Source: an uncultured Flavobacteriaceae bacterium (GTDB taxonomy: Bacteria > Bacteroidota > Bacteroidia > Flavobacteriales > Flavobacteriaceae). From it: a DNA stretch of 64,000 nt. The notes under the pieces were generated by a model. That model saw only the letters and a list, made by a program, of their open reading frames with translations, ran no database searches and was not told where the DNA came from. Shown here in pieces: positions 46,474-57,231 of this stretch. The translations under genes and the position numbers were made by a program. The stretch spans positions 6,067-70,066 of the forward strand of contig CALGUD010000150.1 of assembly GCA_937901915.1 (NCBI GenBank), written 5' to 3'. Numbering within the stretch: position 1 is the first letter of the stretch; the number at the start of each line of letters is the position of its first letter.

Positions 46474-48075
46474 ATGGAAACGGTAGAGCGAGAAATACCC
46501 GAAGAATTCCGTGTAAAAGAATTACTTCACCAGGATACATACTTAATTAATGGAGAATTAAAGGCTTGGAAAGGAAAAACAACAGAAGTTTATTCCTCCA
46601 TTCACACACCAGATAAAAACGGGGAGTATGCTCCAACACTTTTAGGGTCCATTCCATATATGTCCGAACCGGAAGCTATGGAAGCCCTTGATTCATCCGC
46701 AAATGCTTTTGGCAAAGGACAAGGTTTATGGCCCACAATGAAAGTAGCGGACAGAATAGCTTGTATGGAGAAGTTTGTAAAGCAAATGATTACCAAACGT
46801 GATGAAGTTGTTAAACTCATCATGTGGGAGATTGGTAAAACACTACCGGATTCGCAAAAGGAATTTGACAGAACCGTGGAATATATTTACGATACCATTG
46901 AAGATTATAAGGAATTGGATCGTAACTCTGCAAATTTTAAAAAGCACGATGGCGTGTATGCGCACATTCGTCGAGGCCCGTTGGGAATTGTTTTATGTTT
47001 AGGACCATATAATTACCCGTTAAATGAAACATTTGCGCTTCTAATTCCGGCTCTCATAATGGGTAACACCGTTATTTTTAAACCGGCTAAACACGGAGTT
47101 CTATTAATTTCCCCTCTTTTAACTGCCTTTAAAACCAGTTTTCCTAAAGGGGTAGTGAATATTATTTACGGAAGGGGCAGGCAGGTAGCAGCACCTATTA
47201 TGCAATCGGGCAGAATAGATGTTTTGGCTTTGATAGGCAACAGTAAATCAGCCATTGCTTTACAAGATCAGCACCCTTACAAAAACAGGTTACGTTTGGT
47301 ACTCGGCCTTGAAGCAAAAAACCCGGCCATCATTTTACCGGATGCAGACCTGGATCTAACAATAGACGAATGTATTTCCGGCACATTGTCTTTTAACGGA
47401 CAACGTTGTACGGCATTAAAACTGGTATATGTACATGAAGATATTGTTGATGAGTTTAACAAGCGTTTTGCTGAACGGGTTGATTCCTTAAAATTTGGTA
47501 ATCCATGGGAGCCCGGAGTGCAGTTGACACCGCTTCCTGAACCGGAAAAACCTGCTTATATTCAAGAGCTAATAGATGATGCAAAAGCTAAAGGGGCCCG
47601 GATTTTAAATAAAAAAGGAGGCAAAACTACTGAAAACTATATTTTCCCAGCCGTATTATATCCCGTTACTAAAGAGATGAGGGTTTATGAAGAGGAACAG
47701 TTTGGTCCCGTTATTCCGGTTATCCCATTTAGTGATATACAAGAACCTTTAGATGACATGGCAGATTCTAACTATGGACAGCAGGTAAGTTTATTTGGTA
47801 AAGATATCAGGGAGCTGGCTCCTCTGATTGATACACTTGTAAATCTCGTTTGCCGTGTGAACCTAAACAGTTCTTGCCAGCGAGGCCCGGATGTATATCC
47901 GTTTACAGGAAGGAAAGATTCTGCTGTGGGAACTTTAAGTGTACATGATGCTTTGCGCTCATTTTCTATCAGAACATTTGTAGCTTCTAAAGACAATGAA
48001 TATAACAACCGTATTTTAAACGATCTTTTAGGAAGCAAAGCTTCTAATTTTGTGAGTACGGATTATATATTATAA
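46474..48075 (+). CDS. aldehyde dehydrogenase family protein, GapN-like (non-phosphorylating GAPDH-like)
   Basis: 533 aa. ALDH motifs LGLEAKNP and NGQRCTALK. The N-terminal region resembles NADP-dependent GapN as I recall it. Confidence 0.7.
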   Translation: METVEREIPEEFRVKELLHQDTYLINGELKAWKGKTTEVYSSIHTPDKNGEYAPTLLGSIPYMSEPEAMEALDSSANAFGKGQGLWPTMKVADRIACMEKFVKQMITKRDEVVKLIMWEIGKTLPDSQKEFDRTVEYIYDTIEDYKELDRNSANFKKHDGVYAHIRRGPLGIVLCLGPYNYPLNETFALLIPALIMGNTVIFKPAKHGVLLISPLLTAFKTSFPKGVVNIIYGRGRQVAAPIMQSGRIDVLALIGNSKSAIALQDQHPYKNRLRLVLGLEAKNPAIILPDADLDLTIDECISGTLSFNGQRCTALKLVYVHEDIVDEFNKRFAERVDSLKFGNPWEPGVQLTPLPEPEKPAYIQELIDDAKAKGARILNKKGGKTTENYIFPAVLYPVTKEMRVYEEEQFGPVIPVIPFSDIQEPLDDMADSNYGQQVSLFGKDIRELAPLIDTLVNLVCRVNLNSSCQRGPDVYPFTGRKDSAVGTLSVHDALRSFSIRTFVASKDNEYNNRILNDLLGSKASNFVSTDYIL

Positions 48076-48100
48076 TAATAACAGAACTGTACTGGGAAAA

Positions 48101-48817
48101 TTAAAAATCTTCTAATTTTTTCAGTACAGTTTGTTTATAGCTTCTGCTTATAGGGAGTGCTTTATTGCTTACTTCAATAAATTCATGGGTATAAGATTGT
48201 ATTTGCTTGAGAGATATAATGAAAGACCGATGTATTCTTATAAAGCTATTAGCAGGTAGTTTAGCTTCAATATTACTGATAGTTTCCCTTGTAGTGACTA
48301 TATTGTTATGCGTGTAAATCTGAAGATAATCCCCCAGGCTTTCTACATATATGATTTCTGAAAAGTCAATTTTAACCATTTTCCTGTCCGCCTTCACAAA
48401 CATATAATCATTTTCCTGGTGATTAGATTCGGCGGCCTTAGGAACTTCATCTTTTAAATAAACATCAAAATATTTATTTAATGATTTGTACAGGCGTTCA
48501 TAAGAAATAGGTTTTAGTAAATAGTCTACAGCCTCCAGGTTAAATCCGTCTACAGCATATTCCCTATACGCAGTGGTAAAAATAACCCTTATGTCTTTAT
48601 TAATAGATTTTGCAAAAGAAAGCCCTGTTATTTCAGGCATATTTATATCTAAAAAAATCAGGTCTATATCCTGAGAATTTATCACATTAAATGCCTCAAT
48701 GGCATTGGAGCAGGAAGCCACAACATCGATTCTATCCATTTTAGAGAGGTGAGAGGTAATCACCTCCCTGGCCATTTTTTCATCATCAACGATGATACAG
48801 GTTGTTTTTTTATTCAT
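48101..48817 (-). CDS. LytR/AlgR-family response regulator (REC + LytTR)
   Basis: 238 aa. Receiver domain (CIIVDDE...FLDINMP) plus a C-terminal LytTR domain (..FIRIHRSFIISL..). Confidence 0.9.
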   Translation of the reverse strand: MNKKTTCIIVDDEKMAREVITSHLSKMDRIDVVASCSNAIEAFNVINSQDIDLIFLDINMPEITGLSFAKSINKDIRVIFTTAYREYAVDGFNLEAVDYLLKPISYERLYKSLNKYFDVYLKDEVPKAAESNHQENDYMFVKADRKMVKIDFSEIIYVESLGDYLQIYTHNNIVTTRETISNIEAKLPANSFIRIHRSFIISLKQIQSYTHEFIEVSNKALPISRSYKQTVLKKLEDF

Positions 48818-49865
48818 TTAGTGAGAGCTTGTTATAATTTAGCGATAAATTTACTTCAAACCAATCGGTAGTATTCTCTATTTTAAGTGTGTGATTGTCT
48901 TTGTATAATAATTGGAGTCTTTTTTTTATATTTTTTAATCCTATGCCATGAGTGTTTTCGTCATTAGGTGGATCTGATGAATTTTTTATAGAAAGCGATA
49001 GTAACTTTTCGTCGATTTCAATATTGATAAGAATTTTTAATTTTCCATCAGTGATTTTTCCGTGTTTAAAGCTGTTCTCCACAAATGGAATTAATAACAT
49101 CGGTGGTATTTTTATATCGTTACTGTATTGTGACACATCGAACTTTATACTCAAATTATCATGAAATCTCATTTTTTCGAGTTCTATATAGTCTTCAATG
49201 TGGTTTATCTCGTCTGATAAAAGAACAAAAGGTTTGTCGGACTGGTATAGTAAGTAATCCAACAGGTTGGATAGTTTTAAAATTATCTCGGGAGTTTCAT
49301 TCGCTTTTTTTATAGCAAAGCCATACAATGTGTTTAATGTGTTGAAGAGAAAGTGAGGGTGAATCTGGCTCTTTAAATAATTTAACTCCTGTTCTTTTAA
49401 TTTTAATTGAGTTTCCAGGATTCTGTTTTTTAAATCTTCATTTTTAATGATTGAACTATAGTTATGCATCACTAAACTTATTGAAACCGCTACTAACACA
49501 ACCAGGTATACCCCTAATATGATGAAAGGAAGTGTTTTTGTTATGGGGGATATATTGTCTGTTTTTAAGTCAGACGAATAAGCCAAACCAAATAAAACTG
49601 AAGTTACAATTACATAAATTGAAATTATTAAAGTGGAGACACTATAAACTATAAATTGTATGTACTTTTTTGATAATAAATACCTTGGAATTATATAATA
49701 GATTGAAATATAACTGAGAGCTATAGTAACAGGCATTAAGAAAGCCGAAAATAAATATATGTATTCTGTATTGTTACTTCCGTAACCCAGAAAATAAGTA
49801 TAAAAGAAATAAACACCTATCCAGAATACTATATGTAACAGAATTTTTAATAAAACTTTACCCAA
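48810..49865 (-). CDS. LytS/YehU-type sensor histidine kinase
   Basis: 351 aa. Four to five N-terminal TM helices. H-box IHPHFLFNTLN (His_kinase PF06580 type). Overlaps the regulator gene by 8 nt. Confidence 0.85.
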   Translation of the reverse strand: MGKVLLKILLHIVFWIGVYFFYTYFLGYGSNNTEYIYLFSAFLMPVTIALSYISIYYIIPRYLLSKKYIQFIVYSVSTLIISIYVIVTSVLFGLAYSSDLKTDNISPITKTLPFIILGVYLVVLVAVSISLVMHNYSSIIKNEDLKNRILETQLKLKEQELNYLKSQIHPHFLFNTLNTLYGFAIKKANETPEIILKLSNLLDYLLYQSDKPFVLLSDEINHIEDYIELEKMRFHDNLSIKFDVSQYSNDIKIPPMLLIPFVENSFKHGKITDGKLKILINIEIDEKLLSLSIKNSSDPPNDENTHGIGLKNIKKRLQLLYKDNHTLKIENTTDWFEVNLSLNYNKLSLNE

Positions 49866-50094
49866 TGATATATTTTTATTTACAACTGTGCAATATCTGC
49901 ATTTTTATGATAATTAGATTGATTTTGAGACCAAATACAGTATTGGAATACCTTTTAACCGATTGTAGGCAGACTTTTGCTTCTAAAGGTATAAATACAG
50001 TTAAAAGCATTATCTTTTTGGTTAACTATCGAGAAAAAAAGAGAGGAGCTAAACATAGGGTTAGATTTGACGCTATAATTCTAAAACATAAATT

Positions 50095-50517
50095 ATGATA
50101 ATGCTTTTACTACTACAAAAACAAAAAGGCTTTTTTACTATCCTGGGTGAGAGAATTCAGGAAGGAGGGCCTAAAACCATGACATTATTACTCATTCTCT
50201 TCCTGGTTGGAATTGCATTAATTATCCGGAGTTTTATTCTCTACAAGAAAGGAGAAAATACAAGAAAAAATATAGTTTTAATTAATTCTATTGGTTTTTT
50301 TGCGTTGGTTTTAGGTGTGTTGGGCCATATTTCTGGGCTTATAGGTACATTCGATGAAATAGGTTCATTGGAGGCTGTTGACCATATAACTTTGGGAAAT
50401 GGTATTAAACTTACCTTACTACCCATTTTTTTTGGAAGCTTTATTTTCCTTTTTACAAGGGCATTTACAATAATATTAACCGGGATAACACCCAAAAAAT
50501 ACTTTGAAAATGAATAA
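50095..50517 (+). CDS. small membrane protein, possibly MotA/TolQ/ExbB-like
   Basis: 140 aa with three hydrophobic helices. The segment GVLGHISGLIGTFDEI......ITLGNGIKLTLLPIFFG weakly resembles the MotA/ExbB channel core. The true start may be an internal Met. Confidence 0.4.
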   Translation: MIMLLLLQKQKGFFTILGERIQEGGPKTMTLLLILFLVGIALIIRSFILYKKGENTRKNIVLINSIGFFALVLGVLGHISGLIGTFDEIGSLEAVDHITLGNGIKLTLLPIFFGSFIFLFTRAFTIILTGITPKKYFENE

Positions 50518-51829
50518 ATTTATCATACTATTTGTGCTTGCTTTGTTTTCATCTATGTCAATTAAAGCACAGGAAATCAATAAAGAAAAGCTGGATAGTT
50601 TATTCACTATTCTTGAAGACAATAATAAAACCATGGGTAGTGCAGTGGTTTCAAAAGAAGGAAAAACCATTTATTCCAATTCCATAGGATATGCATATTT
50701 TAAAGATTCAATTAAAAATTCCGGTAAAACTAAATACAGAATCGGATCTATTACCAAAATGTTCACAGCAACCTTAATTTTTCAATTGGTTGATACAGGT
50801 AAGGTTAATTTAGATGATAAATTATCAGGCTTTTTTCCTGAAATACCAAATTCTGAAAAAATTACAATTGGTAATTTGTTAAATCATACCAGTGGATTGT
50901 TTAGTGTAAATGCCGCCAAAGATTTTAATCCGTATGTAGCATTAACGCATGAGCAAATGTTAGATAAAATGGCTTCCCATAAACCAGTTTTTGAACCGAA
51001 TATTAAAGTTGAATATAGTAATACCAACTTTATATTGTTAGGATATATACTCGAAAAAAAATATAAAAAACCATATTCTGAAATTTTGAAAGAACAAATC
51101 ACTGATAAATTGGGGCTTGAAAATACGTATTATGGAGGTAAGATTGTTATAAGCAATAATGAGGCTGCTGGTTATAGTTTCACTCAAAAATGGGAAGTAC
51201 AAGCTGAAACTGATATGAGCTTACCCCATGGCGCCGGAGCCATAATCTCTAATCCAAAAGATTTAACAATTTTTATTGAAGCTTTGTTTAATGGTAAGTT
51301 AATTTCTGATAGCAGTTTTAAACAAATGATAACTATTAGGGATGAAATGGGATATGGTATTGGAGGGACTAAATTTAATGATAGGATGATTTATGGATAT
51401 AGCGGAGGAATTGACGGATTTAATTCAATGTTAATTTATGACCCTACGAATAAAATTTCAGTTGCTGTTACTGCAAATGGAAATTCGCATTCAATTGTTC
51501 AAATTGCTATTAATTTGCTTTTAGGCAGCATGGGTGAGTCATTTGATCTGCCTAGTTTTAAAACCATCCATGTGAATGAAGAAGACTTAAATCAATATGT
51601 TGGATATTACATAAGTGCAGATGCACCGTTTGATTTTATAGTAAAAATAAATGACGGTAAATTAATGGCAGGCCCGGTAGGGGATGATAATAATATTTTA
51701 AGGCCGGTAAAAGAGCATGAATTTTACCAGGAACAACATGGTGTTACTTTAAATTTTAAGCGTGAAAGTAAACAAATGGTTATGAGCCGTGGCGGTAAAA
51801 CCATGATCTTTAATAAAAAAGAAGAATAA
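50504..51829 (+). CDS. serine hydrolase, beta-lactamase/transpeptidase-like family
   Basis: 441 aa. Signal peptide and S-x-x-K motif (GSITKMFTA). Overlaps the preceding ORF by 14 nt. Confidence 0.8.
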   Translation: MKMNKFIILFVLALFSSMSIKAQEINKEKLDSLFTILEDNNKTMGSAVVSKEGKTIYSNSIGYAYFKDSIKNSGKTKYRIGSITKMFTATLIFQLVDTGKVNLDDKLSGFFPEIPNSEKITIGNLLNHTSGLFSVNAAKDFNPYVALTHEQMLDKMASHKPVFEPNIKVEYSNTNFILLGYILEKKYKKPYSEILKEQITDKLGLENTYYGGKIVISNNEAAGYSFTQKWEVQAETDMSLPHGAGAIISNPKDLTIFIEALFNGKLISDSSFKQMITIRDEMGYGIGGTKFNDRMIYGYSGGIDGFNSMLIYDPTNKISVAVTANGNSHSIVQIAINLLLGSMGESFDLPSFKTIHVNEEDLNQYVGYYISADAPFDFIVKINDGKLMAGPVGDDNNILRPVKEHEFYQEQHGVTLNFKRESKQMVMSRGGKTMIFNKKEE

Positions 51830-51831
51830 AA

Positions 51832-52563
51832 TTATTTCAACGGCGGATCATAGATCAAAAACACGCAAGGCCTTTTATGCAAATCAATATCATAATGGCT
51901 CCAAAAGCTTACTGGCTGTGTTTTAACAAACTCTGTAGCCAATGTTAAGTCGCAGGCAATACAAAGCAATGTGTTCTTGTTCAGCGTCTGTATCAGGGCT
52001 TTTAAAAGTTTGTCATTTCTGTATGGGGTTTCAATAAAAATTTGAGTCTGGTTTAACTCTTTAGACCTACGTTCCAGTTTTTTAATTTCCAGGCTTCTTT
52101 CCTGGCTTTCAATAGGAAGGTATCCGTTAAATGCAAAGCCCTGTCCGTTCATTCCGCTAGACATTAATGCCAGTAGTATGGATGAAGGGCCAACCATAGG
52201 AACAACCTGTATATCTTTTTCATGTGCTATTTTAACTACATCGGCCCCGGGATCTGCCACTCCCGGGCATCCGGCATCGGATAATACACCTACGTCATGT
52301 CCCTGCATACACGGATTAAGGTATGATGGTAATTCCATAACATTGGTATACTTGTTAATAAGTTGTATGTTTAATTTATTCTGGGATTTTCCGGGAGAAA
52401 GCCGTTTTATAAAAGCCCTGGCAGCTTTTTCATTTTCAGCAATATAATAATCTATACTTTCTACAGTGCGTTTAATGGAGAGCGGCAGCACTTCAAGCGG
52501 ACCAATATCACCCAGGGTGGTTGGAATAAGGTATAGAGCTCCTTTGTCGCTATTAGGGACCAT
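51832..52563 (-). CDS. SAM-dependent methyltransferase, tetrapyrrole-methylase/RsmI-like fold
   Basis: 243 aa. Motifs LYLIPTTLGD and SDAGCPGVADPG are typical of the TP_methylase family. Confidence 0.7.
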   Translation of the reverse strand: MVPNSDKGALYLIPTTLGDIGPLEVLPLSIKRTVESIDYYIAENEKAARAFIKRLSPGKSQNKLNIQLINKYTNVMELPSYLNPCMQGHDVGVLSDAGCPGVADPGADVVKIAHEKDIQVVPMVGPSSILLALMSSGMNGQGFAFNGYLPIESQERSLEIKKLERRSKELNQTQIFIETPYRNDKLLKALIQTLNKNTLLCIACDLTLATEFVKTQPVSFWSHYDIDLHKRPCVFLIYDPPLK

Positions 52564-52642
52564 ATTAGGTAAGTTTAGGTTAAATTCAGGTAAATATAAT
52601 TATTCTAATCTATTTTGCAATGCAAAATGTGTAGGTAATTAA

Positions 52643-53101
52643 TTATGATCCAATTCTTTCTACCAAAATACCGCAGGCTTCATTCAGCATTTTGTAAACA
52701 TTTTCAAATCCGTTGCCACCACCGTAATAAGGGTCTGGCACATCATTGTTTTCACCGGGATTGAGGAGGTTTAATATAAGTTCTACTTTATTTTTATCGT
52801 CTTCGTTCCTGGCTAAGCTAAGAATGTCGTAGTAATTACTTTTATCCATGGCAAAAATCAGGTCAAACTCGTCAAAATCAGAAGCCTTAAACTGCCTTCC
52901 CCTTTGAGAAGTTATATCTATACCATATGTTTTTGCTATTTGTACTGACCTAATATCCGGAGGTTCACCTATATGATAATTGGAAGTGCCGGCAGAATCA
53001 ACAAAGATATCAAGGTGTGAGGTTTTTTGTTTTAAAATACCCTCTGCTAAAGGAGAGCGACAAATATTACCAAGACATACCATTAAAACCTTAACCTGCA
53101 T
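52643..53101 (-). CDS. low-molecular-weight protein-tyrosine phosphatase
   Basis: 152 aa. P-loop motif CLGNICRSP. Confidence 0.9.
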   Translation of the reverse strand: MQVKVLMVCLGNICRSPLAEGILKQKTSHLDIFVDSAGTSNYHIGEPPDIRSVQIAKTYGIDITSQRGRQFKASDFDEFDLIFAMDKSNYYDILSLARNEDDKNKVELILNLLNPGENNDVPDPYYGGGNGFENVYKMLNEACGILVERIGS

Positions 53102-53102
53102 T

Positions 53103-54530
53103 TTACTGGGAGAGCTTTTTGCTTAAATCTTCTATATATTTTCTGAATTGTTTGTCGGTTTCACAAAGATTGTCAACCGTTTTACAAGCATGGAGAACGG
53201 TAGCATGGTCTCTTTTGCCTATTTGTGAGCCAATGCTTGCAAGGGATGCTTTTGTATATTTTTTTGCAAAGAACATGGCCAGTTGTCTTGCTTGTACTAT
53301 GTGTCTTTTCCTGGTTTTGGATTGAAGGGTAGATACATCCATCTGGAAATAATCAGATACTACTTTCTGTATATAATCTATAGAAACCTCACGCTTAGTA
53401 TTCTTAACAAATTTTTCTACAATCTGTTGGGCGAGTTCAATAGTCACTTCCCTTTTGTTAAAAGAAGACTGGGCAATAAGCGAAATTACTGCTCCTTCAA
53501 GTTCCCTTACGTTTGTTTTAATATTTTTAGCAACATATTCAATAATGTCATCCGGCATTTCTACACCATCCCTGTACAGTTTGTTACGCAGTATAGAAAC
53601 CCTGGTTTCATAATCAGGATTATGTAACTCAGCCGAAAGTCCCCATTTAAACCTGGACAATAGCCGTTGTTCAATGTCCTGCATATCTACAGGTGCCTTA
53701 TCTGAAGTTAAAATAACTTGTTTGCCATTTTGGTGTAAATGGTTAAAAATATGAAAGAATACATCCTGTGTACCTGATTTACCGGACAGGAATTGTACAT
53801 CATCTATAATTAAAATATCTATGAGTTGATAAAAATGAATAAAATCATTCCGGGTATTTTTCTTAACAGATTCAATATATTGCTGTGTGAATTTCTCAGC
53901 GGAAATATAAAGTACTGTTTTCTCGGGGTATTTATCTTTGATTTCAACTCCAATTGCATGGGCGAGGTGGGTTTTCCCTAATCCTACACCACCAAAAATC
54001 AGCAGGGGATTAAAGGATGTCCCTCCAGGTTTATTGGCAACGGCCATTCCTGCAGAGCGGGCAAGCCTGTTTGAGTCTCCTTCAAGAAAATTGTCGAAAT
54101 TATAATTTGGGTTTAACTGTGATTCAATTTTAATGTTCCTGATTCCGGGGATGATGAACGGATTTTTTAATTCCGGATTTTTATGCTTAATAGGAACATC
54201 AAGTTCCTGGGGTTGTACACTACCGCGATTGTTACTTGGGATTTTTTCAGTAAAAGGAAGTTTATTTCCGTATGTGTTTTCCATTCGGATAACATATACC
54301 AGTTTTGCCCCTTCGCCCAGTTCACGAATGAGCGCCACTTTTAATAACTTAACATAATGTTCTTCCAGCCATTCGTAAAAAAATTTACTGGGAACCTGAA
54401 TACTCAATGCGTTCTCAGCAAGCTTAACTGACTTAATGGGTTCGAACCATGTTTTATATGCCTGTGGTTGTATGTTATCTTTTATAAAAGAGAGACAATT
54501 TTCCCATACTGATTCCGCAGTCAAACTCAT
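53103..54530 (-). CDS. dnaA: chromosomal replication initiator protein DnaA
   Basis: 475 aa. Walker A motif GGVGLGKTHL and a C-terminal DnaA-box-binding domain (..HATVLHACK..). Confidence 0.97.
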   Translation of the reverse strand: MSLTAESVWENCLSFIKDNIQPQAYKTWFEPIKSVKLAENALSIQVPSKFFYEWLEEHYVKLLKVALIRELGEGAKLVYVIRMENTYGNKLPFTEKIPSNNRGSVQPQELDVPIKHKNPELKNPFIIPGIRNIKIESQLNPNYNFDNFLEGDSNRLARSAGMAVANKPGGTSFNPLLIFGGVGLGKTHLAHAIGVEIKDKYPEKTVLYISAEKFTQQYIESVKKNTRNDFIHFYQLIDILIIDDVQFLSGKSGTQDVFFHIFNHLHQNGKQVILTSDKAPVDMQDIEQRLLSRFKWGLSAELHNPDYETRVSILRNKLYRDGVEMPDDIIEYVAKNIKTNVRELEGAVISLIAQSSFNKREVTIELAQQIVEKFVKNTKREVSIDYIQKVVSDYFQMDVSTLQSKTRKRHIVQARQLAMFFAKKYTKASLASIGSQIGKRDHATVLHACKTVDNLCETDKQFRKYIEDLSKKLSQ

Positions 54531-54729
54531 TATTAGTGTAAATTTTTTTGTTAATTAGGTGATTGAAAGAGAAAATTTGCAATCCTTTCATAATAATATT
54601 AAGCCGAACAAATATGTGAACAAAAAACTGAAAAAAAAAATGAAATAGGGGTTGAATTTCTTATTTTTTTTTCTCATGCCTGTTCATGTTAAATTCACAT
54701 TCTCTTAACACGCAAATTACAAATAAAAA

Positions 54730-55134
54730 ATGAAAAAAAGTAGCAAAACTAAAATTAGAATCAGATATGGTGAAACTGACCAGATGGGGGTGGTGTATCA
54801 TGGTAACTACCCTCAGTATCTGGAAATTGGAAGGATTGAATGGTTACGTGATATGGGAATATCATACAAATCAATGGAAGAATCGGGAGTTATGCTGCCG
54901 GTGATTTCGATATCTATAAAATACATAAAATCAGCTAAGTATGATGATGTCCTTGAAGTAATAACTAAACTCCAAAAAGACCCTGTTGTAAAAATTGAAT
55001 TTGATTATGAAATTATCAATGAAAAGAAGGAATTAATTGCCACTGCAAACACAGTTTTAGCTTTTATAGACAAAAAAACCCAAAGACCTATAAAATGTCC
55101 CGATTACATTTTGAATAAGATTAACAGTAAATAG
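54730..55134 (+). CDS. acyl-CoA thioesterase (4HBT/YbgC-like)
   Basis: 134 aa. Motif YGETDQMGVVYHGNY. Confidence 0.8.
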   Translation: MKKSSKTKIRIRYGETDQMGVVYHGNYPQYLEIGRIEWLRDMGISYKSMEESGVMLPVISISIKYIKSAKYDDVLEVITKLQKDPVVKIEFDYEIINEKKELIATANTVLAFIDKKTQRPIKCPDYILNKINSK

Positions 55135-55136
55135 CT

Positions 55137-55751
55137 TTAATCTGTTAGGGATTTTATATGTAGCCCATAAATGGCTTTCAAAATTGTTAATATGTTATTA
55201 GCTTCTTTTTTTCTGACAGAAATGGTGACCTGGCAATCCATCGCCATTTTTTGATGAATGATATCAAGTCTTTTTTCCTTGATAACCCGCATAACTTTGT
55301 GTATGTTTTCGTAATCTGTAACTATTAAAAAGTTTGTATTTATAGTTTTTTCAACTATATCAGAAACTTCCAATGCCATTTTCGATGCAGTTTTATAGGC
55401 ATTCATAAGTCCGCCGACACCCAATTTAACCCCTCCGTAATACCGGACAACTACTATTAATATATCTGTTATACCATAAGCCTGTATCTGCCCGTATATA
55501 GGATGGCCGGCAGAATTTCCGGGTTCACCGTCATCATTAACCCTGTATTGTATCTCATCCTTTCCTAATTGCCATGCGTAACACCAATGCCTGGCAGCAT
55601 GGTGTTTCTTTTTAAGGTGATCAATATGAAGTTTAATTTCTTCTTCATTTTGTACCGGAAAAGCATATCCTAAAAACTTACTGTTCTTCTCTTTAAACAG
55701 AACTTCTTCAGATGGCTTGCATAGTGTTTTATATGTATCGTTGTCCTCCAA
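55137..55751 (-). CDS. yigZ: YigZ/IMPACT-family protein
   Basis: 204 aa. UPF0029 core (..SKF.GYAFPV....E........KKHH.ARHWCYAW....DDGEP..SAG.PI). Confidence 0.8.
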   Translation of the reverse strand: MEDNDTYKTLCKPSEEVLFKEKNSKFLGYAFPVQNEEEIKLHIDHLKKKHHAARHWCYAWQLGKDEIQYRVNDDGEPGNSAGHPIYGQIQAYGITDILIVVVRYYGGVKLGVGGLMNAYKTASKMALEVSDIVEKTINTNFLIVTDYENIHKVMRVIKEKRLDIIHQKMAMDCQVTISVRKKEANNILTILKAIYGLHIKSLTD

Positions 55752-55756
55752 AATTA

Positions 55757-56620
55757 TTATGACATAGCTACTAAAAATATACTTAAAACGGCTATGAATA
55801 TACCTACTATGTTCTTTACATTAAGCCTTTCTTTAAAAAATATAATACCCATTAACGTAGTAAGCGTTACAATTGCAACGTTATTAATAGTAAATACTGT
55901 AGAACTGTCTAATGTTTCACTTCCGAGCGCCATAATTAAAAAAGTAATAGAATAGTAGTTAAATATCCCCAGGCAAATACCTGCAATGATATTTTTTCCC
56001 GTGACCTTTTCATTTTTTTTCAATATGTTGAAAGCAAGTATTAAGAGCCCAACTATGGCGGCAAAAGCAAAAATGGTTGCTGAGAATAACGGAATTTCCC
56101 CTTTGCCAACATAATTAACTTCAAGGTATTTTAAACTGGTATCAATAGTTCCTGATCCTAAAAAAAGCAAAACAGGGTAGAGAAGGGTTCCTCTTTTTAT
56201 GTGTATTCCATCTTTTCTGACGGATACAAGATAAACAGCAGTCAAAGCCAGGACAATACCGGTTATTTTAATCGCGGGCAGTTCTTCACCATAAACCAGA
56301 ACAGCAAAAATAATTGGCACAACAACCGACATTTTCGCGGCAACCGAAGCAACGGAGAGGCCATTTTGCTGGGCAGTAATTGCCATGATATTAAATATAA
56401 AAATAAACAATACTCCCAATAAGACCGCTCCGGTAAACCAGGGCATTTCTATAATTTTATTTACTGTAAACGGTTTTGAATAGGAGGCCAGACCACAAAT
56501 ACACGCTATCACATAATTAACAACAATGGCTTGCAATACATTGATGTTGAATTTTGCGAAAAGCTTAAATATAACAAAAAGAAGCGTGGCTAATAATATG
56601 CTTACTATTAAGTATATCAA
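55757..56620 (-). CDS. EamA/DMT-superfamily transporter
   Basis: 287 aa with about ten TM helices in two similar halves. Confidence 0.6.
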   Translation of the reverse strand: MIYLIVSILLATLLFVIFKLFAKFNINVLQAIVVNYVIACICGLASYSKPFTVNKIIEMPWFTGAVLLGVLFIFIFNIMAITAQQNGLSVASVAAKMSVVVPIIFAVLVYGEELPAIKITGIVLALTAVYLVSVRKDGIHIKRGTLLYPVLLFLGSGTIDTSLKYLEVNYVGKGEIPLFSATIFAFAAIVGLLILAFNILKKNEKVTGKNIIAGICLGIFNYYSITFLIMALGSETLDSSTVFTINNVAIVTLTTLMGIIFFKERLNVKNIVGIFIAVLSIFLVAMS

Positions 56621-57231
56621 AATTTTATATTTTGATTAAAAAGATCAGTTATATCATCGGTTCCGGGAATAAGGTTCCAGACCTGCATTCCCAGTTTTTT
56701 AGCTGTAACAGTATTTTCTTTCATATCGTCTATAAACAAAGTTTCCTCAGGAATTAGTTTATTTTCCTTTAAAACAAATTCATAAATATTTAAATCTGGT
56801 TTTCTAAAACTAATTTCATGCGATAAATAGAATTTTTCAAAACAATCCTTAAAACGATTAAAACGGTGTGGCAACATAGTCTTTTCTACATAGTGGATAT
56901 GAATATCGTTTGTATTGCTTAACAAGAAAAGCCTATACTTTTTTTTAAGGGCAAGCATTTCAATAAATTTCAGCCTGTATTCAGGAAAATCAAGTATAAT
57001 GGCATTCCATGCATTGATTAACTCTTCTTTATTTGCTTTACGGAAAATTTTTGAATAGAAATTTATAAATTGATCAGAAGACAAAATACCTTTTTCAAAT
57101 TCTTTGTTAACCGTATCCATTTCGGCATTAATTTCAAACGCTCCGAATTTGTTTGTTAATTCCCTTACAGTGGCGGGCTTATCTAAATTGATAAAAATAT
57201 CGCCAAAATCAAAAATGATATTTTTAATCAT
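56617..57231 (-). CDS. HAD-superfamily hydrolase
   Basis: 204 aa. Motif I IIFDFGD and a C-terminal DD motif (LFIDDMKEN). Confidence 0.7.
   Translation of the reverse strand: MIKNIIFDFGDIFINLDKPATVRELTNKFGAFEINAEMDTVNKEFEKGILSSDQFINFYSKIFRKANKEELINAWNAIILDFPEYRLKFIEMLALKKKYRLFLLSNTNDIHIHYVEKTMLPHRFNRFKDCFEKFYLSHEISFRKPDLNIYEFVLKENKLIPEETLFIDDMKENTVTAKKLGMQVWNLIPGTDDITDLFNQNIKF

Noticed and set aside
54531-54729. oriC with DnaA boxes in the AT-rich spacer upstream of dnaA
   Set aside because: I found no good TTATCCACA/TGTGGATAA matches. The best is TGTGAACAA with 2 mismatches, and the others have at least 3. There is no clustered box array or obvious 13-mer DUE repeats. The origin may lie elsewhere, so no origin is claimed. 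A GC-skew and DnaA-box scan of the whole replicon would decide.
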